Positions 41,273 to 56,814 are shown, counted from the stretch's first letter. The stretch: DNA of 64,000 nucleotides from the human T2T-CHM13v2.0 reference genome, Homo sapiens (GCF_009914755.1 NC_060935.1); one strand, 5' to 3'. Numbers and translations are program-made. Notes: generated by a model from the letters alone, not told the origin.

Positions 41273-44128
41273 GAAAAAAGGTCAATATCTGTAAAGGTTT
41301 CTTAAGTTACAATCCCTGCTCATTAGTCCATCAGTAAAGCCCTCAGGTAAAATTCACATCTTTGTGTCTGGACCCCATTCTTTTATCCGAGGAGTACTGT
41401 TCTGCTTCCTACTGTATTAATCCACAGCCTAGTTTGGCCTGCACTTTCTAGACCCAGAATCAGCGTGAAAATTATAAAAAGTCCTCAGTCTCTTAGAGCT
41501 GGACAAAGTTCAGAGTTTAAAGGACAACTACATTTATATTATTGTATTCATAGCTATCTTTATCTCTTTTGTTACCTGGACAGATTCATGCAGAACTTAT
41601 TCAAGAAAAGCAAACCCTTCTCCATATGCATTTTGGAAAATCACTTGCAGCCATTGCTTAGAATTTTTAATTTATTTTGAGCTCGGGTTTCTCTCTGATT
41701 GAAAGTTTATATAACAAACTCGACTTCTGAGATTAAGAGATGAGATTCTAAGGCAAGAATCATTTAGAAGATACTCCTTTATTCAAGAAAAACAACTGAT
41801 TGTTACTTTTTATATAATACTATAATCACTCTCCCTTTCCCTCTCTTCACCACTTTATATTCAGAAAGTTTGCTTATAACTATGTTATATCCATTTTGGG
41901 GAGGTCTATACTAGCAGAGAGAGTTTTCCCAAAATTTTTGACTGAGTAAATTCATTAATATCAAGTACTTACAGATTATATGATTTCACTTTTTTCATCT
42001 TTAGTTTTTCTGACCTATATGAGGCCAATAAAGAGCCTAGAACTCAGAACTGAATTTGGAGAAAAGACGTTAGGTATGATGGTCTGAAAGACATCAGCAG
42101 TAGCTGACGTGGGATTTACCATTTTTAGTATTCAATATATATTTTAATGTAATGTGCCATCTGTAGTGCACCATAGAAATGCAAATCTCAAATCATATTT
42201 TTCCAGTAAGTTTGCTTTTTTTCATTGCATGGACAGAGAAAACTTTTAAGAAATTTACCATAGCTAAGTTAGATTAGAATGAGTAAGTGTTGGACACTTA
42301 CAATTAGTCTGTTGGACAGACTAATTTTTCAACAGGCATATGATACTCTACTGTCTTATACAGTGCCCATCTTTTCTCTAGGCCAAACATAATTTTGGAC
42401 TCCCATTGATTAAGATCCTCTGATTCAATTTAAGGCAAATTTATTGATTGGCATAGTCAACAAGTTTTCATATGAACAAAATGTATACAGCAAATAATAG
42501 GGGACCCCAAACTGGCATAAAGCATTTCAAATGTTATTGAATTTTGATTTAAATATAAAATTAAATAAAGAAATTTAAGATTTTTTCTATCTTGCTGCTC
42601 GTGGTTATTTTATAATATTTACACTGAAATTTATCCAAATTTAGCCTTTAGAATATACAATGCTCTAATATTGATGTTATTAGCTACTCATAGGAAGTGT
42701 TAAATATATTGTATTCTAACAAATAATAAAGGCAAAAAATCAATACCTGCTTCAGGAAGCATTTTGTTTTTAACATGATATGTTTGAAAATAAATAGCAT
42801 AGAGGGCATCTGACTGTATGTTAGCCCGAGGGGTAATTTGCTTTAACTTGCTGAGCCTGTTATCATTTGCTAACAACTCCCAGTTTCTATTTCATAGGAT
42901 TGTTTTAAGTCCTCATTGGGCATTTTAAGTTCTGTTTGAAAGAGCTGCATCACAATTCTTATAAAGGACTTGTTGAATCATAAGCTGTTTCCTTAAGCAC
43001 CAGTTATGTGGGGGACCTTGTGCCAGGCACTGGGCCACATAAATGAGAATCACAAGGACCAGGATTAAGAAAAGACAGGTAAGTCCTCTTCTAGAACGTA
43101 GCAGTAAGGAAGCACCAACAAAATAAAATCGTACTCAATATAATTAATGGTTAAATGCAGTATTTTTACAAAATATAAATGTAAATGTAAAATATTACAT
43201 AAATAGAAGGTGAGTATGACTGATTTACTCTTTTTGTGTCAGGCTCCAGTGTGACTCAGCACAGTGCTCACAGCCCATGCTCTCAAGAATCTCAGCTTAG
43301 GAGGAGGCAAAGAGGTAAAGCACAGGTCAACATGCAGTGTTGGACTACATAGAAAGTACATATCCTTCATTAGTGCTGGCAAGACAGATGAATTAATGCC
43401 TTTCAGGGGTAAACATCCTATCTATTGATATTGATATTGATATTGTTACTGCTGATGTTGTTAAATTACTTTTATGGAAAGAAATACGTGATGCCCAGGT
43501 CTGCCCAAAAGAGACCTCCTAAATATTATTTGTTTCTTTAAATATCTTCTCTCTCTTATTATTAATTGGTAAGGAGAAAAAGAGCTAAATGTTTCCAATT
43601 TGAATGTGATGTGCTCCCATCTAATTAGCAATTAAAGAGTTTTTACAAACTTAATGAATCTTCATTCCCTTCATCTGACTATCTCTGTTGCATTTTTGCA
43701 AATCAGCATGCACACAAAAATACAGTTTCATTGACTTGCCTGACCTAACAAGCACTGAACATTTTTTATCACATTTCTCTGAAAGCTTCAGCATTTTAGT
43801 ACTGACATATTGCTAATGTGAGGAAATATGACTTTATTCTGCTGACTACTAATTAATCTTTATAATTATATCATCTCTCAAGCATAATCAAAATCAGATG
43901 CAAGAAATAGTGGCTCTAAGAAACATCTTTATCTGCATAATTGTCTTACTATAAGAAAAGACTTCAACTGAAGCCTCACTTTGAGATAAGTGATTGACTT
44001 GGTAATTATTGTTCTCAAATTAAGAAGAGTTTAAAAGAAAGAAAAATAAATTTCATGGGCATGTTATGCACTGAGTTTCAATGAGACATTGAAAAGTTCT
44101 GAGAATATGTTTTTAATAATAGGAAGAA

Positions 44129-44688
<560 letters not shown>

Positions 44689-46164
44689 ATATATTTCAAA
44701 TTTTTTGCTAATAATGACAAAAAATGAATATTAATATATCAAGAATTATAGAAAGACAAATAGAAATCAACATATTTATAAGGGTTAATTTGTATCATAA
44801 AATAATTCTTTTCCTGCAAGAGATTAAAATACCAGAGAGACAAGTACTTAAAGGAGCTGCATTAAAGGAGAAAAATAACATCTTCGTTGGGTTTAGTATG
44901 TATTTTACTTCAATTACCTATTGCTGGTGAGAGTGAGATCATTGTTAAATGTCAGAATGCAGACAGCAATAAACTATACTGGATGCTAACTGTAGGAATT
45001 TTTTTTTTTTTTTTCGGCATTACCTACAAAATGCAAAGAGGTCCTTGCAGGGCATCAAGACTTGCAATTAACAAACAAAAGGTACATATTCTACTGGATG
45101 AAATAATAAACTAACAGGAAGAGTGAATTTGCTGCCTTATTTTGGAAACATGACTCATACCTTTTAGATAGGTTTTTCCAATATCATCACCTTATCTCTT
45201 TCCAATCATGTTTGATATTTAGGTTCAGACATGCAGAACTAACAGTTATTAAAAGGAGTGTATGCCAGCCATATTTCCAGTTAAAAAGGAACATGACAAG
45301 TATACCTGAAAAATAAGATGAATGGCAGAAAAGAGAAATGTATTGAATGCTAAAAAAATGTTTGAAGTCAATTTCCATGGTGACTTCAGAGGTTTACTGG
45401 AACATATTTATTTTGGCATACTTTGTGACTCAGACAATCTCTCAATTTATTGGGTTCTGACCACTTGCTTTCAGAATCTAGGTATAGTCTGGATTACTCA
45501 ATATCTCATCTGGTTAAGAACCTGAAGTTCAAAATAATGGAAGGCATACTTGCTTATAGGAGCAGGGTATATTATTGAAATATTTGAAAAGTAGATCTGT
45601 ATAAGCAAAGTTATGAAAGGACTGTTTATTTATTTGAAGAAGTAAAAATGATACTTCTGACATTTTCTAGTTGGAGGAGAATTACTAAAGGAAGAACCAT
45701 GAAAAATCTAACAATTATGAGGAAAGGAAATAATAGTAACAACTAATTGTTTAATCATAGAAAAAAGGTAAAATTTTTAGGGAACTATTTACTAGATTGA
45801 TTCAGCTTTGACGGTTATTTGAGTATTACACAACGTCAGGAATCAGAGATCAGAGATGGAAAGGTCACTATAGAACATGAATAACTTTCAAATCTACTTT
45901 AGAGAAAACTTACAAGCTAACTTCAAAAAGTATTTGTCAGTCCTAGACAAGTTAGTATGTCCTAGCATAATAATTGGGTCATCTTGGGATTGATAACAGG
46001 AGTACTATTAAAGTCAACTCAAGTGTACTCAGAAGTCGTTGAAAACGTGCTAATTATGCTTAGAAGTGTGGTGACTATCCAGTATTAACCCCTTTCCTTA
46101 TCTACCAATCATTTCACTTACCTCCAGTCCCTAGGACTCCATTTGAAGGACTAGTAATGAACTT

Positions 46165-46765
46165 AGCAATTATTCATTGAGTAGCAACTATGTGGGTGGA
46201 GGTTCTAAGGAGCTGTGAAGTTGCAAAGATTAGTAAGCTATAAATCAATTCTTTAAGTGTTTATAATTTAGAGACAGAATTAAGATACCTACAAAAATAA
46301 ATATAATGCAATATCTAGAATACCAAATATCATGAGGAATCACAGAAAACAATTAGTAGTGAGTTTCAACAAGCGAGAGATTATATTCTGTTTTCAGGAA
46401 ATGGAATTGAGGGAACTATTCGTAAAGGTCTTGGCATTTTTAGCAGAGCCTAGAATAAAATAGTTTGGATCTGGACATATAAAGAGTGGACTGGGAAAGG
46501 GAATTCCAGGCAGAATGTACACTGTGGGTAAATGCAGAGGCAAAGAAATAAAAGAAATGTAGAAGAAGTGATGAATGGATTGATAAGAAAATGCTGGGAG
46601 GATGTTAATAGGCAACAAATATTCAAGTGCAGATTAGGAAAACCTTGAATATCAGTTTAAGGAATTTGCACTTTGTTTTATAAGTCCTAAGGATTCAGTG
46701 ATAAATTCAGGGAAGTAAATTAAATTATCAGACAGAGATTTTAAGAAACCAATTGCTTCTGTGAT
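46165..46765 (-). mobile_element. L2 3' fragment
   Basis: ttcattgagtagcaactatgtg...gggaattccaggcagaa...ccttgaatatcagtttaaggaatttgcacttt. Confidence 0.65.
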
Positions 46766-47010
46766 GCCCTCCAATTGATGTATACTGAATATTCTTTTCT
46801 GCTTTTTGTAGTTTTTTTCTTACCACTCAGCACCAAATATATATATTTGTTCATGTGATATAAATAATCATTGCTTAACAGGCATGGAAAAGAACTAACA
46901 GAATCCAACAACTATCAATGTGTTTTGAGTGGAACTTTCCTTAAAAAAGTCCCCCAAAATGTGTTTAGCTATTTTTAAATAAGATCACTACTGGCATGGG
47001 GGAGGAGAGG

Positions 47011-47196
47011 CAGTAGTTCTTTAACGTGTGGAACTGCAAAACATTTAGCATCTGTGTCTTGGAACACTATATATATCCTTGCCCACCACCCTCCACAAGT
47101 CCTTGTGCCAACCACAAAATTCCCACTCACATTTCCAGATGCCCCTAAGTATGTGTGGGAACATGAGCCAGAACATCCCTTAATTGAGAACCACAG
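47011..47196. mobile_element. MER20/MER117-like hAT MITE
   Basis: Inverted termini cagtagttctttaac / ttgagaaccacag; internal ttgtgccaaccacaaaa...catttccagatgcccct. Confidence 0.55.
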
Positions 47197-48349
47197 GATC
47201 CAGCATATAATAATTACACATAATATTTGTAAATAAAAGGTCTAATACACATGTTCCGCCATGTATTCTTTTATGTTTCCTTCATAAGGAACACTGTAGT
47301 GAAGGAATTCTGTTCTGAATAAACTAAGAAACCCATATACCAGATATCTATTTTGGATTTAATAATGGATAATACTATAGTTAAGGCCCTTAGTAATTAT
47401 GCTATGAAGAAATCCTTTTAACATTATACAACTTTTTTTATTTTTTTTTGATACAGAACTTCCCTATTTGTTTAATATCTAACTAGCCCTAAGGTTAATA
47501 TTCAAAATTATTGATAAAATGCATTAGGAGATCTGATGATAGATGTCTTAAGAAGAAGATCAGAGTTTCGGAAGGACATTCTCACACAGATCTCAGTGAG
47601 TCTTTGCCCACCTAGTCTATTCAACTTTGCTGATCTCCTTCTTTTCTTTACTCTCTCCACTGCCAATGATTTGTCTCCATACGTGTGAATTTATTCAATC
47701 CTCAATTTCCAACTAAACATTTTCAACAATTGTTCTTGAATAACACCAACAAGAATATAAAATGTTATGTCTATACTTCATTTGAAACATGTATACCGTA
47801 TTTTTAGTTTAACTATAGAAATGTACTTTTTATTTTACCAATAGAATTTTGGAAATTCTAGCCACTTTTGCTAATCTATTATCGCTTCTTCTTCTTCTTC
47901 TTTTTTTTTTTTTTACTTTCTGTTTCTTCTTTTGTCCGTATCTTTTTCACAGAATGAGAATGCAACACCTGTAAGGCATTTAGTTCTAGTGACATTTTTC
48001 TCCCATGCATAACTTAGCTGTTAAGCACACACACATATATATACACATGTATATATATATGTATATTTCTTACCTTTTTATACATTAAACATACATATCA
48101 AACACTTGGAAACAAAAAGTGTTTCTATAATATATGGGTATATTATTCCAAATGGCTAGTATTTTGCTAATCATGCCCCTCTAATTAGCATTGCCATTGG
48201 AAGTAAAAGTGTTTGGATGACACATAAGCATATTAGTCATATGAAGGTGTAATCTGTTGTTTCGCCTGCCAAGAGAAAAAAATCACATTCCTAGAATCCA
48301 AAAGAAAGGAAAAACTTGACAAAATATTAAGAATGAATAAAAGAAATAC

Positions 48350-48595
48350 TATAATTTAAACACCTACACTGTGCCACGAATTGTGTAAGGCATGGTAAAT
48401 GTCTCTTACTTCTCAAACTCCCCGGGAGACACGTATCAATAATTCTTATTGACATTCTTATTGACGTTGTCCTTCCATTTTAAATATTAGAAAAGAAAAA
48501 CAGAATGAAATTAACTCACTTGCCCAAGGACACATGATGCATTAGTGGCATGAGTTCATGTTTGTTTAACTCAATATCCTGGCTCTCTTCACTAC
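48350..48595 (-). mobile_element. MIR
   Basis: ccattttaaata...ttaactcacttgcccaaggacaca core. Confidence 0.6.
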
Positions 48596-50089
48596 CTCTT
48601 ATTTCTTGTCTATGACAGGCCACAGCCAATCTTTGGCATGTTTCAATTTGTTAGCTAGGTTACAAATCCCTAGTCAGCTTATTCAAGGAATCATTGCAAC
48701 AAATTAATCAGTAGTAAAAAGCCAGATAGAACAGTATTAATTTACTTTCTTATTTTCTTTCTACGTAACATGTCTTCGACCTATTTCTCTTCTTAAGATC
48801 AAGGCCAGGTAAAGCCTTAAGTGATATAAAGTGATATCACATAACAAGTGATATGAAGTCACTTGAAAAATGCGCATTTTAATCTTCTCTACTTCTTACT
48901 ATCTATATGACCTTGGGTCCTTTACTTAATTCCTCTGAATCTGCTTTCTTTTATCTATATATAGAGTGATGAATGATGATATATAGCTAATACAAGAGTT
49001 CTTCAAAATATAAGATGTAATAATATGTAGATATTTTCTACTCAAACCCTACACTCAGTTGGCATTTAACCTTCTTTCCCAGCCCTCTAAATTCAATTAT
49101 TGTATCTCTGGAAATATATGAATTCCAAAGTGATAATATAAATAAGTATACAGGAGAATGTTGGTGGATTTCTTTGATGGCAGAATTAAAACAATCAGTA
49201 ATTGATGCTATATCAGCTAAAAAAGTAGAAGCTGATTTTTTAGGATACTCCATGAAAACAAAATGTTGAGTTTAATTGCCAGAACTGAAATTCCCAGCAT
49301 TAATACTGACAGCATTTATTTTCACCCTTTCTAAACTCAAAGGTAATAAGGCTGAAATATGCAGTTCCCACATGTAAGATGAATTCTTGTGTATCTGTGT
49401 GTACAGTTATTTTTAATACCTATATATTGATTTCAGGTTTACCTCCTATTCCAGAGGGCATAAATATGCAATGGCACTATTCATAAACTCAACCAATGGC
49501 ACAATCATTTTAATACTGACATGCTTCAGTACAAATAAATATAATTCAGAGAAAATCTTCCATGAATATTCCTTACGGAGCTGGAAAAAACGTTATCTGA
49601 AGCAAGATGTTACTATGGGAGGATTATATTACGTGCACTGTGTTTTGGCAATGCTTTGGGATACAGTCATTAAATAGGTTGGCTGAAAATTCATTTTACT
49701 GGTTAATTAAATCCAAGAGTTTGCAAGAAAGGTGGTCATATTATTTTGGATTTTATTTCTTAAAACATTAATATTGAAATTTTTAAAAGTTATGAAGGGG
49801 TAGTTGGGAGTACTGACAAATTTTACATAATCTCTTTTTTAATGCAAGATTTTTGCTCTGTACTAGTTTAAATTTTTATGTTTGAAAGGGAGTATATTGT
49901 TCTTATTCTTGTTGCTTTGTTTTGTTTTGCATTACAAAGCAATACATTAAAAACACCCTTTCTATTCTGTTAGCATAAAATCATCCAGAAAATGGGTGAG
50001 GTAATAGCATTAATGGGACCTTTTTTTAAAAAACAGGGGATTATGCAAGGGACTGTGTAAATAATGTCACTGAATTCTACTATGGCCTT

Positions 50090-50245
50090 CCAATGTGAAG
50101 ATAATTAGCCTCCCATACCACTGCCCTTCTGTACAGTTAATAAAACTAAAGGTCAGGGAGAATAAGCAATTGGTTCAAGATGATACACATTAGCATTTGT
50201 GATGTTAAAATTTGAATTCAAGTTCCTTTAAAACCAAAGATATAA
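50090..50245 (-). mobile_element. MIR fragment
   Basis: tacagttaataaaactaaaggtcagggagaataagcaattggttcaagat core. Confidence 0.5.
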
Positions 50246-51369
50246 TTTGTGTTTTCCGATTTCATTGCTACCTTCCCCAAAATTGCCTTTCTTTAAACAG
50301 GGAATTTTTTTGCCCTTAGGGGAGAAGATACAGTTGATTAAACGAAATATAGAATATTGAAGAGCCAAATACATCCACCTATACCACACTGTTTCATTAG
50401 CCACCAGCTCACCAAATTCTATTTAAAAAGGATTTCGAGGAATTATAGATTTAAGTAACATAAATATCTTCCCACTTAAATATTTTTCAAAATATGGAAC
50501 CATTCAGAAGATATACAATACAGTTGATAAAGATTTTCTATCATATCTAAAAGTAATGTATCCATTTGGAAAAACCACCTACTGAAATGTAGAATAAAAA
50601 TAAAACTTAGCACTGGCTTGTCAACTATTTGAATTTATTTTATCCAAAAAATACTATGTTATCTCAATCATATTCTTTGAAAATGTATGCAAGTATATTT
50701 CAAAGTAAGTCCATACAGACAACTTGTATGGGAAAAGTAGAAAAATAGATATATGAAAAGGGAACAATGTATTAATAAATACAATACTGGTAGCATTGCA
50801 AAAACTGAAAAACACATGACACTCTTCTTTGTATCATACAAGTTTGTTATTATTCCCAGTCTTGAAAATTTCAATTCAATTCTAGTACTTAATCTTTCAC
50901 ATGTCTGAAAAAGTTGCACTAGATATATGTAAAAGGAGCAGAACAGTCTACTTTTTGCTTTCTCAATATACATCAGGCAAATGGGATGTTGCCAAATGTC
51001 ATTTCTGCAGCAAATACTCTCTACACTCTAGAGTAGGATTCACATTGTGGAATTTCAAAAAAACGGTTGGTGGTGTTGGGGGCGGTATATATTTTTCTTA
51101 GAAAACTGCTCACATTAATTACCTTGTGAACATTTCACTATGAGTTTCAGATTGTTTACTGACAAACTACAAGGGGATGGTAAAAATAGATGGGCTAAGC
51201 AATCCAAGACTTCCAGCAGTGAAATTCCTCTTTGGAAATTTATATTATGTTTTAGATTTGCAAAATGATATTTTTCGTAACAATAAAATAAGTACTGACA
51301 TTAATTTTAAAGGGGAAAAATTTCAAAAGGTGTAAGCTATACTTGGGTAGATAAAATGAAATATAAGCT

Positions 51370-51670
51370 AAAATTTATTCAACAGTTACTTTGTTCCAAG
51401 AACCACACAGAAAACTTTATATTAATTAACTTATTTAGTTTTCATGATGGTCCTATAAAAAAGCATGGTTGGTTCTATTTGCCTGTGAGGACATTTTATT
51501 TTCATTTCTGAGAGGTAATAACAATACAAATAAATAATTAGCTCAAGTTACGTATACTCAGTCAATAGTCAGAGACATGATACAACTTTCCCAGGTAGTA
51601 GAAGCCAGAGCTGAAATTAGAAACCAGGTCTGCATCCCCACAAAGTCATGCTGCTTCTAGGCCAGCACAC
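51370..51670 (-). mobile_element. MIR-derived fragments
   Basis: tttattcaacagttactttgttcc...gtagaagccagagctgaaattagaaaccaggtctg. Confidence 0.45.
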
Positions 51671-53599
51671 TTACTACTTATCAATATTTCTGATCATTTT
51701 GATTGACATATTCTGGTATCTAATAGCTAATATGGAATGTATATTTGAAAATGTGATGATAGCTTAATAGGACCCTAAATAAAGTTTCCAAAAATAATTC
51801 TATGCTGCATATTTGGGATTTGATGGTATGCATAATGATATGGAAAGTATAAGAAGGATAAAGGCAACTTAGTCAATGTTCTAAAAACATCTACAATGGT
51901 TTAGTTTCTTAAGGATGTTATTGTTGAATGATAAATGTCAACATTACTCCTTTGCAATGGCAAAATTTTGTAAAATCAGTAAGAATAGTTGTCCTTTATA
52001 TTTGCATTGACATTTACTGAATGAACCACAAATTGTATAGATGGGAAAGGAGCTACATCTGAAGGAAAGAGCTATTTCTGAATGGATTTGTCATCCCAAT
52101 TTTAGACCATTCTGACCAAATGCTTTGAAAAGTTGTTCTCATTTCAACAGTGTTTGTTGAATTACTCAGTTAGGGCTTTACAATCCTTAGACCTGTATTT
52201 TATATATTTTCACTAGATTTACATGATTTGAAAATATTTTCAACTTCTGAGAATATTGTATTTGTCACACAAAAATAAAGTGAAGCAGAGCTAAGAAGCA
52301 GAACTATTTCACCAACCCTTAGGATTGTTGTTTTCATTAGGAAATAAAATCAAAATGGGAAATGCACCTTGCATAGCTTCTTTTTTCCCAAAAAGCCATT
52401 TTTATGCAATTTATTTTTAGTTTTGACAAGTGTAATATTACCTATCGATACATTTCCATAAATATCTTTGATAAAAAATTAAATCTCTTCAAATAGTAAA
52501 TCACTATATAAGATAAATAAAAAAGTAACTGGATCAAATGCAATAGTTATTTCAATACAAAATATCTTGCTTATAAATGGGTAAAAATGTTACTGCTAGC
52601 ATGACTTTCTGTGAACAGTTAAATAAAGCAGCTGCTCAAGAATTTGAAATGCCCTCAGGAGCCAACATCTTGATTACAAGCACTCATAATACCAACCTTA
52701 TTATGCCCAAGAGCATAGTCACGAGAGCGAACTAGAGTTTACAATACATGAGGGTTCTAAAACCTTCTGATAACCTAACACCCATGGTAGGAAGACACAA
52801 GAAAAGAAGTCAACACCATCTAAGAAGATTCCAGGAGCAACTCTTCAAATAAATGATTGGCTCTTTGTAAAACCATTTGACTGTATGATACAGAGATAGA
52901 TCTTTTTTTGAGGTCTTACGATAAGAAAATAACAACCTAGGGTTTGGGTTTGATTAGGCAAGGTATTTTGGTTGTTTGTCTCAAAACAATATAATTGATT
53001 TTCCAGTATACCTAAGCTGTACATGTTGTGCCAGGAATATGAGGCAAATAAGAGGGGTATAACAAAGAAAACATGTTTCTTATTCAGAAGCCAGAAAAAT
53101 TAAGAATAAGCAAAGAAGCAGAATGTTTGACAGATCAGGATGGGTGCATCATGACTGAGTCTTTTTAAGGAAATAAAATATCTGAACATAAAAATGACAA
53201 AATTATAGCTAAATGTTAGAAAAACTAAATAAAGATGGAGTTAGAGGAACAATTTTAGCTACGATTTATTAAACATTTTCTATATGCTATATATTGTGCT
53301 AAGCATTTTATCTATGTAACCAATTTTAATCCTCTCTATATTAGTTTTCTAGTCAAGTAAGTCTTATTTAGTTTTAAGAAACACAAGTTCATTTATAATA
53401 GTTTAAATAAAAAAGGAGAATTTATTTTAAAGGTACAAAGGACATTTCTCAGGAACTACATCTGGATTCAGGAGCCAAAGCATTGGGATCTATATATATT
53501 TACCCATCTTTCATTACTGCATATTCTATTTCATGCCATTTCTCCTTGTTATCCTCTACTTTCTCATTATGTACATTTTTATATTTTCATTTTGCAAAC

Positions 53600-53785
53600 A
53601 CTTATGTAACACTTGCTTTTAGTCCCTATTCAATCCTCATAATAAAACTATGAAGCAGAGACCATTATCTTCACTTTATAAATGTAAATACATCACAGAA
53701 AGGTTACGTAGTTTGCCCAAGTTGGTCTAGCTAGCATAAGACATGCTGTGATTCAAGCCAAGCTGTCTGGCTTTATGTTCTTATT
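53600..53785 (-). mobile_element. MIR
   Basis: aatcctcataataaaactatgaagcag...cagaaaggttacgtagtttgcccaag. Confidence 0.6.
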
Positions 53786-55356
53786 CTCCCTGCCTGCCCA
53801 GTACCATTGCATTGGCCAACGGGAACACCAGGCCAAATCCACTTTAAAACTGGACAGTCCTCCCATATAGACTTTACACTCTGGGACTTCCAGCTCAAAT
53901 ACTTGAAAGAAAAGAATACTAACAAAAGATTACTGGACTTTAACTTTGGAATGGAGGTGAGACACAAATACATAAAAAGGGGATGACAGAGTCTGTAACT
54001 TCTAATAGTCTTTGCCAGTTTGGGGAAACACCAAACCGATATGGTCCACATTAACTCAGCCTGGGATCTGTTCGTAGTTAAAATATTTTAAAATTCCAAT
54101 TAATGATATAATTCAAAATAAATAGCATAAATTGTGCAGAAGGTAGAACCCTTTGTAAAGTCACATTTGTTCATTACTGGCCTTAACATAGAATATGAAA
54201 TAATCGGGAAAAAAAGGTAAAATATGACATGTTTACAAAGTTTATAGACAACAGAGGAAGGCAGAGAGGGAGAATTCACAATACAAATATTTTAAAAAAT
54301 CAGTGTTCATTGTGTAAATACTATAGAGTATGACATGAAGCTGAGATGTGTGGGCTATGAGACCAGATTGTCTGTGTAAGAATTTAGCCTTGGCTATTTA
54401 GCCTTGGAAAGTTATCTACCCTCTGTATTCTTATATATGCCAAATTTACACATAAATGGATATGAATGATGATGCTTACTTTAGACGGTTGCTGAGAGGG
54501 TTAATGTGGAGACTCTGCATAAAAATACATTAATGTTAAGTAGTCACGACAAAAAATTAAGATATTTAAGGCTATGTGGAATTCCAAAGTGAAACAAACA
54601 ATCTGTTGAAGCTTTTGTTAAAATGCCTATTGTGGCAAGTTAGATTGGTAAGGGAAATGGCAAAGAAATAGTGTTGGGGATGTGAAATTGGATTAGATAA
54701 CCCCATAAAATATAAAATCTCATTGACTGTTTATATAGTTTTCTATAATAAGTTTTTAAAATAAAAAAACGATCTACTGCAAAAGAGAGAAAAAATATTC
54801 ATATAATCAAATATTTAACTTACTTCAATTTTTCTATGACAAAGCAAATGTCTTTTGTCATGCACTTCCTCAATTATGCACTAACACAATAAGATTTAAC
54901 ATAATTGTCTATTGTTCAAAAGTAATTTTTCAATTAACTCTACAAAAAGAATGTGTTCCAAAATTAGTAATGTAATTTGACTCAAAATTTTATTTTATAA
55001 TAAACTCTATTTATAATTTATGATAAAATTATATTTGAAAAAACTCCAAGTACTAGGGTTAGTGTTTCTACCACTACAGGCCATAACACTGGATATTCTT
55101 TCTTTGAATTCATGCTTTCACATTTTATTTGAGTTTTCAATCTGCTTCCTTTGCACAGGTTCTCTGGGCTTTCTCCAAGTTAGACTGCAAAATGGAAATG
55201 AACAAAAAGAAATATTATGTTTCTAAGATGCATGTAAAAAGAGTTGACAGTGGTTTACAACAGCTATTGAGTCCACATCAGGTTGTAGGGATGGCTGAGA
55301 TTGGAAGGGATATAAAATCAATGCAAAAAATACAACGAGTTATCAGCCAATTCTTC

Positions 55357-55932
55357 TGTATTCGTTATCTATTGCTGCATAACAAATTACCCCAAATTCA
55401 GTGGCTTAACACAACACTAATTTATTATCTCCATGTTTGTATGAGTTAGGAACCTGGGCATGGCTTATTTGGATTCTCTTATTCATATTCTTTCAGAAGT
55501 CTGTAATGAATCAATGTGTCAGCTCAGGGTCTACAGTCCCAGCTGAAGGCTCAGCTGTAGAAACATAGAGTTCCAAATTTAATCGACAGAATTGAATTCC
55601 TAAAGGGCTGTTGGACAAAGGGCCTCAGTTCTCGATGGATTTTGGCTGGAAACCACCCCCAGTTTTTTGACGTGTGGACTTCTCTTGTGGTAGCTTGCTT
55701 TTTCAAAGCATGCTAGCAAAAATGGCAATAAAGAGAGAATGTGCCATTCAGAAAGAAGTTGCAGTCTTTTGTAATTTAGTCATACAAATTAAATCTCAGC
55801 ACTATTGTTGTCTTTTATTGGTAGCATCAAGTCACTATGTCCAGCCCACACTCAAATGAACAGATTCTATAAGGGCATTAACACCAAATGGAAAATATCT
55901 TTGGCAGCCATCCTGGAAGTCTGCATACAACA
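55357..55932 (-). mobile_element. MLT1F-like MaLR solo LTR
   Basis: tgtattcgttatctattgctgcataacaaattaccccaaa...ccagcccacactcaa...gccatcctggaagtctgcatacaaca; near-TSD tcttc/acttc. Confidence 0.82.
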
Positions 55933-56049
55933 ACTTCCTTCACATTATTACATTGTTATTGTTGTGTCTCTCATTATGAAAATATTACCAATCCCATACC
56001 ATTAGCTCACCTACTCCAGCCCCCATTCCATCATAAACTGAAGATGAGA

Positions 56050-56215
56050 GCCACATCCAATGGCATTCACCTGTAGTCCCAGCTGCTTAGGAGGCTGAGG
56101 TGGGTGGACTGCTTGACACCAAAAGTTCAAGGCTGCAGCCCACGATGATTGTGCCTGTGAACAGCCACTTCACTCCAGTCTCCTGGGCAACATAGCAAGA
56201 CCCCACCTCACAAAA
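56050..56215 (+). mobile_element. FAM-like fossil Alu monomer
   Basis: Single monomer retaining the 7SL-like segment gatgattgtgcctgtgaacagccact.cactccag, then gggcaacatagcaagacccc. Confidence 0.78.
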
Positions 56216-56488
56216 TATTTCATATATATAAAATACATATGTATATAAAATACATGTGTATATATTTATATGTGTGTGTATAAATATATACCAGAGAAGG
56301 GAATATATTTTTCTAAAATTGTTACATTTTATATATTTCTACACTTTATTTCTATTTATGCATGAGGGCCTCAGAAATAGTAATTTAACTAATTTTATTT
56401 TAATTCTGTGTTTGATCAGTCTTTATCTTATTGATACCCTCAGCCATATGTAATTCAGACCTTCTAATATTCTCCTGCGTTGCTCAAA

Positions 56489-56578
56489 TGAAAGTAAGAT
56501 TCTATTTTGGTAAGATTCTATTTACCTATGTGAAAGTAAGATTCTATTTACCTATGTGAAAGTAAGATTCTATTTTGG
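56489..56578. repeat. Short complex tandem repeat (core GTAAGATTCTATTT x4; 26-bp unit)
   Basis: Cores start at 56494, 56510, 56536 and 56562. Confidence 0.9.
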
Positions 56579-56814
56579 TTTTGAGTTATAATACATTCAG
56601 CTTGCTGCCTGGGTTGCTAATGAGAAGCTGACTCCTTCTGGAACAAAGCACTTCGATAACACAGAATTCATATATTATACACAACTAGTATTTAGCAGCA
56701 AGAGACACAGTTTCCCAGTGAGTTACATAGTCCACATATGCCAAATGGCACTCCCCAACTTGGATTGAAACCGCAGATCTCCTTTTCCAGATTACTAAAC
56801 TCTGACCTGTTACG

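Noticed and set aside
56489-56578. CRISPR-like direct repeats
   Set aside because: No unique spacers of regular length, no cas genes, and a eukaryotic context.
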